In this document: positions 9,656-19,686 of the stretch, piece by piece | How the letters are laid out: every line of letters begins with the position of its first letter | Position numbering within the stretch: position 1 is the first letter of the stretch | NCBI GenBank assembly: GCA_050011535.1 | Contig: JBEKIX010000002.1 | Span: 32,365-96,364, forward strand | Reading direction: 5' to 3' | DNA from: Acidobacteriota bacterium | GTDB lineage: Bacteria; Acidobacteriota; UBA6911 | DNA: 64,000 nt | Notes under the pieces: model-generated | What the model was told of the DNA's origin: nothing | The model's input: only the letters and a program-made list of their open reading frames with translations | Database searches by the model: none | Position numbers and translations under genes: made by a program

Positions 9656-10692
9656 TGGCGGACGATCGTACCAACAAGAACAAGGCGATAGAAGTTGCTT
9701 TGACCCAGATCGAAAAGCAGTTTGGGAAGGGTTCGATCATGCGTCTCGGCGACCGCATTGATCCTTCAGGGGTAAGGGCGATCTCGACCGGCTCGATCTC
9801 GTTCGACGCTGCCCTCGGCATCGGAGGATTCCCCAAAGGGCGCGTGGTCGAGGTTTTCGGCCCGGAATCGAGCGGCAAAACCACCGTGGCGCTCCATGCA
9901 ATCGCGCAGGCGCAGAAGCTGGGCGGTGCAGCGGCCTTCATCGACGCAGAGCATGCCATGGATGCAAAGTATGCGAAGATGCTGGGCGTCAACACCGACG
10001 AACTGCTGGTCTCGCAGCCCGACAGCGGTGAACAGGCTTTAGAGATCGCGGAAGTCCTCGTTCGCAGCGGCGCGATCGACATCCTTGTGGTCGATTCGGT
10101 GGCGGCGCTCGTCCCGAAAGCCGAGCTCGAAGGTGAGATGGGAGACTCGCTGCCGGGGCTGCAGGCGAGGCTGATGTCGCAGGCACTGCGAAAACTGACC
10201 GCCATCGTTTCCAAATCAGACACCTGCCTGATCTTCATCAATCAGATGCGAGAAAAGATCGGCGTGATGTTTGGCAATCCGGAAACCACGTCAGGCGGTC
10301 GTGCTCTGAAGTTCTACTCTTCGATTCGAGTCGATATCCGGCGTATTGGTTCCATCAAAGAGGGGGACCAGGTGGTCGGAAACCGCACCCGCGCCAAAGT
10401 TGTCAAGAACAAGCTGGCGCCGCCGTTTCGCGAGGCCGAATTTGACCTTTTGTATAACCAGGGAATCTCGTATGAAGGGGACTTGGTCGATCTCGCCGTC
10501 GATCGGAAACTCATCGACAAGAGCGGCTCCTGGTTTTCCTACAAGAATGAACGCCTCGGCCAGGGCAGGGAAGCTGCAAAACAGTTCGTCCGTGAACACC
10601 ATGACATCGCGATTGAACTGGACGGCCTGCTGCGCCAGCTCCTCGGCCTGGTAAAGCCGGAGCCAGCCGCCGCCAGCGGCAAGACCAAATAG
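9655..10692 (+). CDS. recA: recombinase RecA
   Basis: Contains GPESSGKTT (Walker A) and ...[15 protein letters not shown]. The ATG overlaps the hbd stop (TAATG). Confidence 0.95.
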   Translation: MADDRTNKNKAIEVALTQIEKQFGKGSIMRLGDRIDPSGVRAISTGSISFDAALGIGGFPKGRVVEVFGPESSGKTTVALHAIAQAQKLGGAAAFIDAEHAMDAKYAKMLGVNTDELLVSQPDSGEQALEIAEVLVRSGAIDILVVDSVAALVPKAELEGEMGDSLPGLQARLMSQALRKLTAIVSKSDTCLIFINQMREKIGVMFGNPETTSGGRALKFYSSIRVDIRRIGSIKEGDQVVGNRTRAKVVKNKLAPPFREAEFDLLYNQGISYEGDLVDLAVDRKLIDKSGSWFSYKNERLGQGREAAKQFVREHHDIAIELDGLLRQLLGLVKPEPAAASGKTK

Positions 10693-10756
10693 ATGGAAGG
10701 GCGCCGAGGATGTCCCCTCGTGCAATTTGTCACTGTTTGCCGTAAGATATAGATCG

Positions 10757-11131
10757 TTGGAGACGGCCAGGCAATCGCGATCCTGATTTCAGGATCGAGG
10801 AAAGTCCGAACTCCACAGGGCAGTGCGCCTCGTAACGCGAGGGAGGGGCGACCCTACGGAAAGTGCCACAGAAAACATACCGCCTTCGTTTTTGAGGGTA
10901 AGGGTGAAAAGGTGCGGTAAGAGCGCACCGCGTCATTGGTAACAATGATGGCAGGGTAAACCCCGCACGGAGCAAGGTCAAATAGAAAAGCGATCCCGCA
11001 AGGGATGAAGGATGGCCCGTCCGGTGCTTTTGGGTGGACCGCTTGATCTCTGGAGCGATCCAGAGACCAGATGAATGATTGCCGTCCCGGCAAAACCGGG
11101 AAACAAAATTCGGCTTATGGCCGTCTCCAGT
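10757..11131 (+). ncRNA. rnpB: RNase P RNA, bacterial type A
   Basis: Conserved blocks GAGGAAAGUCCGaaCUCCAcAGGGCAG, GGUAAGGGUGAAAaGGUGCGGUAAGAGCGCACC, GGUAAAC.CC.C.CGGAGCAAGG.CAAAUAG and ACCAGAUGAAUGA...ACAaaAUUCGGCUUAU are all present. The P1 helix pairs GGAGACGGCC (10759-10768) with GGCCGUCUCC (11118-11127). Confidence 0.88.
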
Positions 11132-11204
11132 CCTCCAGGACTCATCTTCTCTCCAGCATTTGGGAGAGCTGGTCGTGCAGAGACCATAAAGCGTTTGATT
11201 AAAC

Positions 11205-12146
11205 TTAAAAACGTCGATATTGCTCAAGTAATTGATTAAGTAGCTCGTAGCAGTGATCCGCAGCAGAGCGATACCTAGCGTTGTTTTCCATCAAGCGAGC
11301 CTTCATCAGGCTTCCCGTGACCTTTCCCAGACTGATCTTGGCCTCAAACTTGACAGGAATCTTGCGGTTGTCTGCCGATAACCAGATGCGAAACTGGCCA
11401 CCATTCTTGAACAGACCGCCAAAGACGGCAACCGTACTCACCTGCCAAGCCTTGTAGTTACCTGCGGGAGTATGGACCTGCTCGCTCTTTTCCACACGTA
11501 TCTCGACTTCCTTGACGCGCTCATTAAAAGCGACCAACACCTGGCGCGACGAATTGACGGCAAGATCCGTTTGTCGCAAGGCATACAAGGCTGAGAAAAG
11601 GTCCTTCACATCTGGGGGTATTTCGTCGTAGTCCTTGTCTCGAAGTACTCTTGGAATCGGGCCCGATACATCGACTTCCCTTATATGGACCTGACGGGTG
11701 TCGGGCAGGTATAAAACGTCGATGTCGCGCATGCGCTTTCCCTCGCGCTCCATTTCGGACACGCGATAGGTGCAGAAGGTCTCGGGATCAGTCGTAAATT
11801 CATAGGAATCATCTATGTTCTTGCCGGTGAACCTTGCGAGTGCGCCGCTGGAGCGTGCAGTAAAGATAATCTTGAGTGCTTTTTTGTCCTTGTATTGCGT
11901 CTCGCCGGCCAGAGTGAGAGTCGCTTCGCCTGCCTCCATTGCAGGCAGGAAGAAGAGCCACAAAGGTGGAGTCCATTCGACGTGATACACCAAGCGCTCG
12001 CCGGAGGCAAATGGCGCCGGCACCGTGTCCCTTGGGGTGAACTGGGACCATGCAGCCTGAATCATTGCCGCAGCAAGGATCAGAACTCCTGCCAGGCGCG
12101 CATGCGGGAAGCTTGCCCGGGTTTTGTGCTCTCGCGAATACGGCAT
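11205..12146 (-). CDS. secreted hypothetical protein, possibly DUF3108-like, last gene of the LPS-core cluster
   Basis: Start reassigned to the ATG at 12146 (MPYSREHKTRASFPHARLAGVLILAAAMIQAAWS is a signal peptide). The stop of the upstream gene abuts it. The family assignment is from memory of the motif pattern only. Confidence 0.45.
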   Translation of the reverse strand: MPYSREHKTRASFPHARLAGVLILAAAMIQAAWSQFTPRDTVPAPFASGERLVYHVEWTPPLWLFFLPAMEAGEATLTLAGETQYKDKKALKIIFTARSSGALARFTGKNIDDSYEFTTDPETFCTYRVSEMEREGKRMRDIDVLYLPDTRQVHIREVDVSGPIPRVLRDKDYDEIPPDVKDLFSALYALRQTDLAVNSSRQVLVAFNERVKEVEIRVEKSEQVHTPAGNYKAWQVSTVAVFGGLFKNGGQFRIWLSADNRKIPVKFEAKISLGKVTGSLMKARLMENNARYRSAADHCYELLNQLLEQYRRF

Positions 12147-12148
12147 CT

Positions 12149-13192
12149 TCACATCGTTCGCTCCAAGCGCCGGACGACGGCGCCGAACACTTCTTCGACA
12201 GAGATATCCATGCATTCGTTGGCCGTAGGACACGTTCTTCCATTGCAGAAGCTGCAAGGCAAATGGCGGACGACGACCTCGTCGTTTGTGTTCCAGGGGC
12301 CATTTCTGACGGGACAAGTGGGGCCCAGAATACCTACCACAGGAGTGCCTACGGCGCAGGCCAGGTGCAGCGGGCCCGTGTCGCCCGCTACCAGAAGGCG
12401 TGCGCGCTTAAAGAGCGGAATCAGTTGAAGAAAGGGAACCTGATAATGAGCGGGGCGCATAGACGTGCAGTTCTCCGCAATCTGCTTGTATAGCGTTTCC
12501 TCTCCCGGTCCGGTAGTGACGATGACCCCGTGACCCAGCTCTTTTTCAATTCTTGCCGCCAGGAGACCGTAGTTGGCCGGTTTCCAGAGTTTTGTGGGCC
12601 AACCTCCTCCTGGGTTGATGACAATGAAATCGGAAAGTTGCTCTTCTAGGAGGTGTCTCTCGATTTCCTGCGTATCCTTCTCGCTGGCGCGCAGATTCGC
12701 CCGCAGTTCACCCGGCCTGGCACCGGCTTTCTCGGCAAGAAAAAGATTCAGTCGGGCGACATGGTAGGCAGACGCCGGCTGGTTGAGGGTTGTGTGATAA
12801 AACCAGTGAGCGGGGCGCTCGCGGACGAGTTCCTTTGAGAAACCGAAACGTTCCCGCGCGCCGGAGAGGAGTGCCAACAACGCTGTTTTTAGCAATCCCT
12901 GAAAGTCGATGACAAGATCATAGCGGCGGGCGCGCGCGGTGGCGATCGGCGCCCAGAGCCGTCGCCACTCCGGTCCGCTGCTCGGGTGCGTCCGCAGGGA
13001 ACGAGTGTCGATCGGCAGTGTCTCGCCGATGCCTTCGACAGCTCCAAGCAGATATGCCAGGCGCCGTTCGACCATCCAGTCGATTCGTGATTGGGGAAAC
13101 GTGCTGCGCAAGCTCTCGAAGGCGGGAAGAGCATGAATAATATCGCCAAGCGAGCTCAAGCGGATGATCAAGATACTCTGCCGGTATGCCAT
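12149..13192 (-). CDS. waaC: GT9 ADP-heptose:LPS heptosyltransferase (WaaC-like, heptosyltransferase I)
   Basis: N-terminus ILIIRLSSLGDIIHALPAFESLR resembles the WaaC motif ILIVKTSSMGDVLHTLPAL. The C-terminal region (GDTGPLHLACAVGTPVVGILGPT) is typical of GT9. Confidence 0.7.
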   Translation of the reverse strand: MAYRQSILIIRLSSLGDIIHALPAFESLRSTFPQSRIDWMVERRLAYLLGAVEGIGETLPIDTRSLRTHPSSGPEWRRLWAPIATARARRYDLVIDFQGLLKTALLALLSGARERFGFSKELVRERPAHWFYHTTLNQPASAYHVARLNLFLAEKAGARPGELRANLRASEKDTQEIERHLLEEQLSDFIVINPGGGWPTKLWKPANYGLLAARIEKELGHGVIVTTGPGEETLYKQIAENCTSMRPAHYQVPFLQLIPLFKRARLLVAGDTGPLHLACAVGTPVVGILGPTCPVRNGPWNTNDEVVVRHLPCSFCNGRTCPTANECMDISVEEVFGAVVRRLERTM

Positions 13193-13704
13193 CAGCGCAT
13201 CTTCGCCAGGATTGTTTGGATCAGATCGCGTGAAGAGTGTGATTTGGCGTCGCCGACGATGGCCACGCTGCCTCCATAGGATCGGGCCACATCGCGCTCC
13301 GGAACGGTATCGCTCGTGTAATCGGTTCCCTTGGAATGGAAATCGGGCCTCAGCACTTGCAGGAGATTCGCAACCGTCTCTTCCTCAAAGATGGTCACAA
13401 AATCGACGCACTCCAGGGATGCGATGATCTCGGCACGATCTTCCTGCGGTTGAAGAGGCCGACCGGGTCCTTTGAGCGCTCGTACTGAGGCGTTGCTGTT
13501 GATTCCTACAAGCAGGATGTCGCCGAGGGACTTTGCAGCCTGCAGGTACCGTATGTGCCCAACATGGATGAGGTCGAAGCAGCCATTGCTGAAAACAACA
13601 GTGCGCCCGCTGGACTGAGCATCTGCGCGAAGTCGTTGCATCTCTGCGATACCCTTGATCTTTGTCTTGGGGTCGATCATGATTGCCGAAAAGCGCTGCC
13701 TCAT
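13192..13704 (-). CDS. hldC: D-glycero-beta-D-manno-heptose-1-phosphate adenylyltransferase (RfaE domain II, encoded as a separate gene)
   Basis: Cytidylyltransferase motif VVFSNGCFDLIHVGHIRYLQ.A...GD.L.VGINSN is present. There is a 4-nt overlap with hldA upstream. Confidence 0.8.
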   Translation of the reverse strand: MRQRFSAIMIDPKTKIKGIAEMQRLRADAQSSGRTVVFSNGCFDLIHVGHIRYLQAAKSLGDILLVGINSNASVRALKGPGRPLQPQEDRAEIIASLECVDFVTIFEEETVANLLQVLRPDFHSKGTDYTSDTVPERDVARSYGGSVAIVGDAKSHSSRDLIQTILAKMR

Positions 13705-14714
13705 CGAGACAGGTCTTGTTGAACCGCAGAATACAACTCCTCGCGGCTGACTGTGGCAGTGCCTCGCTTCATGACTACGATCCCACCAGCATAGTTGGCA
13801 AGCCGGGCAGCATCCTCCGGAGATCCGCCCGAGGCAAGTGCCAGTGTATAAGCCGCGATTACCGTATCACCCGCGCCGGTTACATCCGCCACTTCATCGG
13901 TGCCGTAGATTGGGATGTGGACGGGCGGCTTGCCCGGCTCCAAAAGCGTCATGCCAAAACGGCCCTGCGTAACAAGCAACGAACTCAGATGTTGTTTTTT
14001 CAATACCTGCCGTCCGATTTGATGCAGCAGACGCTGGTCTCCTCCAAGGGCTTTCCCGATGGCTGCTTCCAGTTCCGTAATGTTGGGTGTCATGGAAGTA
14101 ATGTCGCGAAACTCCCCCATGCGAAAGCGCGAATCGACGATCATCGGGAGCCCGGCGGGGACCCCGGCCGCTCGGATTTCGCGCACCAGCGACGGGTCAG
14201 CGGCGCCGTACCCGTAGTCGCTGATGATGATGCCATCGAGCTTGCGCAACAAGGGCCGAACTCTCCGCCACGGAACCCTGGGTCCTCCATCCAGCCTGGC
14301 CTCTCTATCGACCCGGACGATCTGTTGAGGGGACGAATGGTGCGCTCCTGCGAGAATTCTGGTCTTGATCGGGGTCGAATAGGATCTTAGCTTGACGACG
14401 TGCCGCACGTCGGCGCCCTTGTTACCCAGCACCGTCAGCAACCCGGCGCCGCTATCATCGCAACCCACGATCCCAAATACCCGCACGCGGCAGCCGAGGT
14501 CCAAAAGATTATTCGCGGCATTCGCAGCTCCGCCTGGCACGCATACGAGGTCCCTGTACTGCAGCACCAGGACGGGCGCCTCGCGCGACACACGCTCGAT
14601 CTGCCCATAAAGAAACTGATCGGCAATCAGATCACCGAAGACGGCGACGGTGCGGGTCGCGAAGGTATCCACGATGCGCAGAAGCCGATCGCGTGTCAGC
14701 AAGGAGTTCACCAT
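13701..14714 (-). CDS. hldA: D-glycero-beta-D-manno-heptose-7-phosphate kinase (RfaE domain I, PfkB family)
   Basis: PfkB sugar-kinase motifs are present: a GGAANAANNL-type motif and the C-terminal DVTGAGDTVIAAYTLALASG. Confidence 0.8.
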   Translation of the reverse strand: MVNSLLTRDRLLRIVDTFATRTVAVFGDLIADQFLYGQIERVSREAPVLVLQYRDLVCVPGGAANAANNLLDLGCRVRVFGIVGCDDSGAGLLTVLGNKGADVRHVVKLRSYSTPIKTRILAGAHHSSPQQIVRVDREARLDGGPRVPWRRVRPLLRKLDGIIISDYGYGAADPSLVREIRAAGVPAGLPMIVDSRFRMGEFRDITSMTPNITELEAAIGKALGGDQRLLHQIGRQVLKKQHLSSLLVTQGRFGMTLLEPGKPPVHIPIYGTDEVADVTGAGDTVIAAYTLALASGGSPEDAARLANYAGGIVVMKRGTATVSREELYSAVQQDLSR

Positions 14715-14743
14715 GTTTTTATCCAGACGCCCCCGGATAGCGG

Positions 14744-15343
14744 TTAACGCCCCTCATTATGCTCAGCAGAACCAAGGGTGATTCTGAGCACCCAGTCGAC
14801 TGCCTCGAGAAGATTTGCAGCCACACAGTCGGGCTTCCTGGGCCACGAGTCCTTGTGGTACAGATATTCGCCTCGGCCGTACCCGGTCATAACCAATCCT
14901 CCCCGTGCACCCATCGCAAAACCCATCGACAAGTCCTGATATCGGTCGCCGATCACGAAACTTGAACCCAGATCGATATCGAATTCCCGGGCGGCGCGCT
15001 GAAGCATGCCAGGGGACGGCTTGCGGCAGACACAGGTCTTGCGATAGGCTTCGACTCTGCCGTCCGGAAGGTGGGGGCAGTAATAAATGCCGTCGAGACT
15101 GGCCCCACCGCGTGCCAGTTCCGCTTGCAGCCTACAATGTGTTTCCTGGACGAGAGCCTCTGGAAAGTACCCTCTGGCCACGCCGCTCTGATTGGTGACC
15201 AGAATCGCCAGAATGCCGGCATGATTGAGCCTGAGAACGGAGTCGGCAGTCCAGGGAAAGACGTGAAACCGGTCGATGTGGTTGATGTAACCGACCTCTT
15301 CGTTCATTGTACCGTCCCGGTCCAGGAAAACCGCAGGCCTCAT
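14744..15343 (-). CDS. gmhB: D,D-heptose 1,7-bisphosphate phosphatase
   Basis: HAD motif AVFLDRDGTMNEE and a Cys-rich zinc site (CPH...C.CRKP). The ATG at 15343 has GAGGG 7 nt upstream; the TTG at 15373 is rejected. Confidence 0.8.
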   Translation of the reverse strand: MRPAVFLDRDGTMNEEVGYINHIDRFHVFPWTADSVLRLNHAGILAILVTNQSGVARGYFPEALVQETHCRLQAELARGGASLDGIYYCPHLPDGRVEAYRKTCVCRKPSPGMLQRAAREFDIDLGSSFVIGDRYQDLSMGFAMGARGGLVMTGYGRGEYLYHKDSWPRKPDCVAANLLEAVDWVLRITLGSAEHNEGR

Positions 15344-15482
15344 TTTGACCCTCGAAATTAGAGACTCTAGCAAAGCGTCTATAGGCTCTCAATGAAAAAG
15401 AACTCGATCGAGGCGTCTGTTTTTGGTCTAACCGTTGTCGCGTCCTTTAAAAAATGTTCGGCAATTCACAATCCGCCAATTT

Positions 15483-15498
15483 TGTGATGTATGTCACA
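15483..15498. promoter_or_regulatory. CRP/FNR-family consensus palindrome TGTGA-N6-TCACA in the waaF-gmhB intergenic region
   Basis: Exact TGTGAtgtatgTCACA, about 140 nt upstream of the gmhB start on the coding (minus) strand. Confidence 0.45.
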
Positions 15499-15617
15499 GC
15501 TGTGCCGAGAACCTTGAGTTACCTTGGCACATCAGGAGAACATCGCGGGCCGGGATTGCAAGAGCAGGGATGTCCGGGGGGATGCTTCCGACTCGAGCTG
15601 TGCCGGCCGCGATGGTT

Positions 15618-16718
15618 TCAAACCGACGCGTCAGAATGAAATGCGGCGAGCGACATCCGGGCGCGCGCGGCGGCTACAACCTCCTGGACCGAGATCCCCA
15701 ACATACATCGAAAATCTATCGGGCACTCCCTTAGGAAGCAGGGGTTGCAATCCACCTGACACTTGATCACCTGGGCGGATGCACTGAGCGGACCTGTGGC
15801 GATTTCGCTGGTCGATCCAAAGATCGCAAGCTGAGGAACCCCGAGAGCGGCGGCCAGGTGCATCGGACCGGAGTCATTGGTGATGAAAAGCCGGCATTCC
15901 TTTATGAGGCCCATGAGTTGACCGAGTGTGGTCATGCCCGCCAATACGACGGCGGGTGAAGCCATGGCATCAGCGACCTGCTGGGCGATCGGCAGCTCCT
16001 TGGTCGCTCCGAAAATTACGATGCAGGCTCCGAATTCAGTTGCCACGGCATCCGCCACGCTTGCAAACCGTTGCGCCGGCCATCGTTTGGCGCCGCCATA
16101 GCTGGCGCCGGGATTGATGCCTACGATGGGAGCATCGCCTGCGACGCCGCGTGCACGCAATAGTTCGCGCGCGGCACTCGCATCCGACTCGCAGACGCCG
16201 AGGCGGATCGAATCCAGGTGATAGTTTTTCTGTTTCCAGGGATGTTCGTCAAGCAATCCCGCGCCTGACAGTATTCCGAGGTAGTAGTATGCCTGGTGCG
16301 ACCGATGCACGGTCGGATCGATGGGAATGGCGTGCGTGAGCAGCAAGCTTCTGGCATCGCGGGCATACCCCAGACGAATGGGAATGCGTGCCAAAAACGC
16401 AATCGATGCGGCTTCGAAGGCGTTCTGTAACAAAACCGCCATGTCGAATTTCCTGGATTTCAGCTCACGCACCAGGCGGCGCATTCCGCTCAGACCGTGA
16501 TGGTTGCCTGCCTTGTCGTACACCAGGATCTCGTCGACAAAATCCGTCGCTGCGTAGACGTCTTTCACCCATGGACGTACGAGGAGGACGATGTGCGCGT
16601 TTGCGAACTTGCGCCGCAACTCCCTGAGAGCCGGCACAGACATCACGGCATCGCCGACCCAATTGGTTCCCCGCACGAGCAGAGTCTTGATACGATCCGG
16701 GTAAATCGCCTTCACCAA
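15618..16718 (-). CDS. waaF: GT9 ADP-heptose:LPS heptosyltransferase II (WaaF-like)
   Basis: N-terminus LLVRGTNWVGDAVMSVPALRELRRKF resembles WaaF KILVIGPSWVGDMMMS. GT9 C-terminus NDSGPMHLAAALGVPQLAIFGST. The start codon overlaps lpxK by 7 nt. Confidence 0.75.
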   Translation of the reverse strand: MVKAIYPDRIKTLLVRGTNWVGDAVMSVPALRELRRKFANAHIVLLVRPWVKDVYAATDFVDEILVYDKAGNHHGLSGMRRLVRELKSRKFDMAVLLQNAFEAASIAFLARIPIRLGYARDARSLLLTHAIPIDPTVHRSHQAYYYLGILSGAGLLDEHPWKQKNYHLDSIRLGVCESDASAARELLRARGVAGDAPIVGINPGASYGGAKRWPAQRFASVADAVATEFGACIVIFGATKELPIAQQVADAMASPAVVLAGMTTLGQLMGLIKECRLFITNDSGPMHLAAALGVPQLAIFGSTSEIATGPLSASAQVIKCQVDCNPCFLRECPIDFRCMLGISVQEVVAAARARMSLAAFHSDASV

Positions 16719-17824
16719 TATCTCCTGAATATCGCGTCTAACTTACGTTCAAACTCGTCTTGTTCTTCCAGATGCGTGGATTGAACTGCCACGAGCAACT
16801 CCTGACCGGGATCCTCCGTCAGTTTGATCGCGTCCTTTTCGGTTGTGATGACCGATGCGGCGCCGCGTGCGCACGCCTCGCGAATGCAGTCGGCCCAATC
16901 GCTATCCCGGAGGCGAAAATGATCTCCAAAAAAGCGAGTTCCCGCAATTGCTATGCCTAGCGCCTCGACGTCTTTGCGGAAGCGATCAGGATTTCCGATC
17001 GCAGCCACGAGGTAGGCAGACGGAGGGTGGCCGCGGCTCCCACTCTCTGGATCCTGGTTTTGCCACGCTGAGAATCGCACAAAACGGTCGATTCGCTGTT
17101 GGCAGTGAAACACGGTAAGGCTTGGGTCGATCCTGTGGACAAACAATTCGATTGGATCTTCTCCATGTCCTTGGTACTGGCCGTTGATGACCACCACGTC
17201 AGCGCGTCGCAGTCCGGCAGCAGGTTCCCGCATAGTGCCCGCGGGCAACATTCGATTCTCCTCCAGTGGTTGGGTCCGGTCAATGACGACCAGATCCAGG
17301 TCGCGCCGGAGATGCCGATGCTGGAAACCGTCATCGAGCAGGAAGCACACCCGCTCCGCGTGCCGCGAGATTTGGAGTCCCGCGATATAGCGCTTGCTCC
17401 AGATTCCCAGCCAAAGGCGGCTTTCGTGCCGGCGCACAAGTGCCGGTTCGTCCCCGAGAGTGCGGGCAGGAGACGGAATCCGAGCGCCGGGCGCCAAAAT
17501 GATGGGCGCCTTTCCTTCTCGACCATAGCCTCGGCTCAAAAGAGCCGGAACAGCACCCATTCGTGAGATCGTGCGCGCGACGTGAATTACAAATGGAGTC
17601 TTGCCGCTGCCGCCGACTGTCAGATTTCCGATGCTTATCACAGGGTGCGACAGCCGCACCTGTGGAAGCAGGGAAAGGTCGTACATGCGGTTGCGCAAAC
17701 GCACCAGGCCCTGGAACACTAATCCGCAAATACTAGAGAGCGGCCCGCGCGGCGGAGTGTGGTTTTGCACGATCGACCTGCTGTCTCCAGATTTCTTGTT
17801 TCTTGACGCACTTCCCCTGTTCAT
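16712..17824 (-). CDS. lpxK: tetraacyldisaccharide 4'-kinase
   Basis: PLSSICGLV...PVISIGNLTVGGSGKTP matches the LpxK P-loop region. The exact start is uncertain; the ORF-track N-terminal extension may be non-coding. Confidence 0.8.
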   Translation of the reverse strand: MNRGSASRNKKSGDSRSIVQNHTPPRGPLSSICGLVFQGLVRLRNRMYDLSLLPQVRLSHPVISIGNLTVGGSGKTPFVIHVARTISRMGAVPALLSRGYGREGKAPIILAPGARIPSPARTLGDEPALVRRHESRLWLGIWSKRYIAGLQISRHAERVCFLLDDGFQHRHLRRDLDLVVIDRTQPLEENRMLPAGTMREPAAGLRRADVVVINGQYQGHGEDPIELFVHRIDPSLTVFHCQQRIDRFVRFSAWQNQDPESGSRGHPPSAYLVAAIGNPDRFRKDVEALGIAIAGTRFFGDHFRLRDSDWADCIREACARGAASVITTEKDAIKLTEDPGQELLVAVQSTHLEEQDEFERKLDAIFRRYW

Positions 17825-17857
17825 TCACCCATTGGGAGGAACCTGGCGGCCATCGAT

Positions 17858-19519
17858 CTACCAACCCATCGCACAGCCGTCTTTTCTGGGGTCGCTTCCT
17901 CCCATGAGCACGCCCGTGACAGGGTCAATCAGAATACCCTGAAATCCGCCGAAACTGTCGTTCATAACGACAATATGGTGCCCCAGCAGCGTGAGCAGCC
18001 TGCGAACCTGTGGCCCGATCCCGGACTCGAGGCCTAGCTGCCCTCCAGTATGTCGGAATCGGGGCGCTTCGCCGGCCTCTTGCACGTTCATTCCGAATTC
18101 GACGAGGTTTAGGAAAACCTGGACCTGCGCCTGTGCCTGGTTATCTCCGCCCATGACGCCGAAGCTGAAGTAGGGCCTGCGGTCCTTCATGACGAGGGCA
18201 GGAATGATCGTGTGCATGGGCCGTTTGTGGGGCTCGATGCGGTTATTGGAGACCGCGTCCAGCTTGAAGCTTGATCCGCGGTTCTGCAGGCAAATGCCCG
18301 TGTCGCCTGCGACAATGCCGGATCCGAACTCGCTGTACAGGCTGTTAATGAAGCTCACGGCATTGTGGTCTTTGTCGACCACCGTCAGATAGATCGTGTC
18401 GCTCTGTTCCGATTCTCCATGCGAGTACTCTTCGTGAGCCTGATTTGGATCGATGAGCTTTCTGCGCTCTGCCGCGTACCCTTTCGACAACAGCCTGTCC
18501 AATGGGATCTTGGCGAATTCCGGGTCAGTGATGTAGTAATCCCGATCGGCAAACGCCAGCTTCTTGGCCTCCACCATGTGGTGTAGGTACGCCGCTGAAT
18601 TATGCCCCCACGCCTTCAGTTCGTACCCTTCCAGGATGTTGAGCATTTCGAGGGCAGCCAATCCCTGGCCGTTTGGAGGCAATTCGCAAAACTCGTAGCC
18701 CTTGTAGTCGACGCTGATCGGTTTGACCCAATCGGACTTCTGGTCAGACATGTCCTTCAGGCTGAGCACGCCTCCCTTGGCCTTAATTGTCTCGACAATT
18801 TTGGCTGCGATCGGTCCTTCGTAGAATGCCTTGCGTCCGTCTGCCGCGATCCGGCGGAAAACCGCCGCAAGATTTTTGTTGTAGGCAATTTGTCCGTGTG
18901 CCGGCGGCTTGCCGTCAGGAAGATATGTTTTCGCTGCCCACGGATCTTTAGCGAGCTTTCCGGCCTGCTCAGCCCACTGATTTGCGATGATTTCGGACAC
19001 AGGGAATCCGTTCTCAGCATACTCGATCGCCGGGGCCAGGACCTTCTCCATTTTTAGGGTGCCGAATCTATCGAGAAGGGAAACCCATCCATCGACAGCT
19101 CCGGGCACAGTGATCGTATCGACACCATCGGTTGGCATGCCGGTGTAGCCCTTTTCCCGGAGATACTCCAGCGTCATGCCATAGGGAGACCTGCCGCTGC
19201 CATTCAAGCCGATCAATTCTCCGGACTTGCTCCAATAGACCATCGCGAACATATCGCCGCCGATACCGGTCATCAGTGGTTCGACGACGTTCAACACAGC
19301 GGCGGCCGCTATCGCGGCATCCACCGCATTGCCGCCCCCCTGCAGAATCCTCAAGCCGGCTGCCGCTGCCAGCGGCTGGCTAGCGCATATCATTCCGTTG
19401 CGCGCGAGAACCGGCGAACGTGTGCCGGAGATGCTACGTGCGTTACGATCCTGTCCCGACATGACTATTACCCCGAAGGCGAGTGTGAGTACTGATAGGA
19501 TGCTCCATCGATTGATCAT
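17858..19519 (-). CDS. ggt: gamma-glutamyltransferase
   Basis: Start set at the ATG at 19519 (signal peptide MINRWSILSVLTLAFGVIVMSG). GGT motifs TTHFSVVD-like (DTIYLTVVD) and the catalytic Thr region HTIIPALV...GGDNQ are present. Confidence 0.88.
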   Translation of the reverse strand: MINRWSILSVLTLAFGVIVMSGQDRNARSISGTRSPVLARNGMICASQPLAAAAGLRILQGGGNAVDAAIAAAAVLNVVEPLMTGIGGDMFAMVYWSKSGELIGLNGSGRSPYGMTLEYLREKGYTGMPTDGVDTITVPGAVDGWVSLLDRFGTLKMEKVLAPAIEYAENGFPVSEIIANQWAEQAGKLAKDPWAAKTYLPDGKPPAHGQIAYNKNLAAVFRRIAADGRKAFYEGPIAAKIVETIKAKGGVLSLKDMSDQKSDWVKPISVDYKGYEFCELPPNGQGLAALEMLNILEGYELKAWGHNSAAYLHHMVEAKKLAFADRDYYITDPEFAKIPLDRLLSKGYAAERRKLIDPNQAHEEYSHGESEQSDTIYLTVVDKDHNAVSFINSLYSEFGSGIVAGDTGICLQNRGSSFKLDAVSNNRIEPHKRPMHTIIPALVMKDRRPYFSFGVMGGDNQAQAQVQVFLNLVEFGMNVQEAGEAPRFRHTGGQLGLESGIGPQVRRLLTLLGHHIVVMNDSFGGFQGILIDPVTGVLMGGSDPRKDGCAMGW

Positions 19520-19686
19520 GGCCCGTACCTTGTTCCTGAGTCCCACGATCATAACCCTGCCATGCGCCGCCCTCAAGAGCGATTGCCCCTCTTAATTCTC
19601 GGAAGGCCTCCGAGCGAATGCGCTTGCAGCCCGCCTTGGCGCCGGTATAATCAACCATTCTCCGGCCGGAAGCAGGAGGATGAATC

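Noticed and set aside
10730-11227. Minus-strand ORFs of 165, 79 and 69 codons between recA and the LPS cluster
   Set aside because: The region is RNase P RNA (rnpB) on the + strand, with all universal conserved blocks. The ORFs are spurious.
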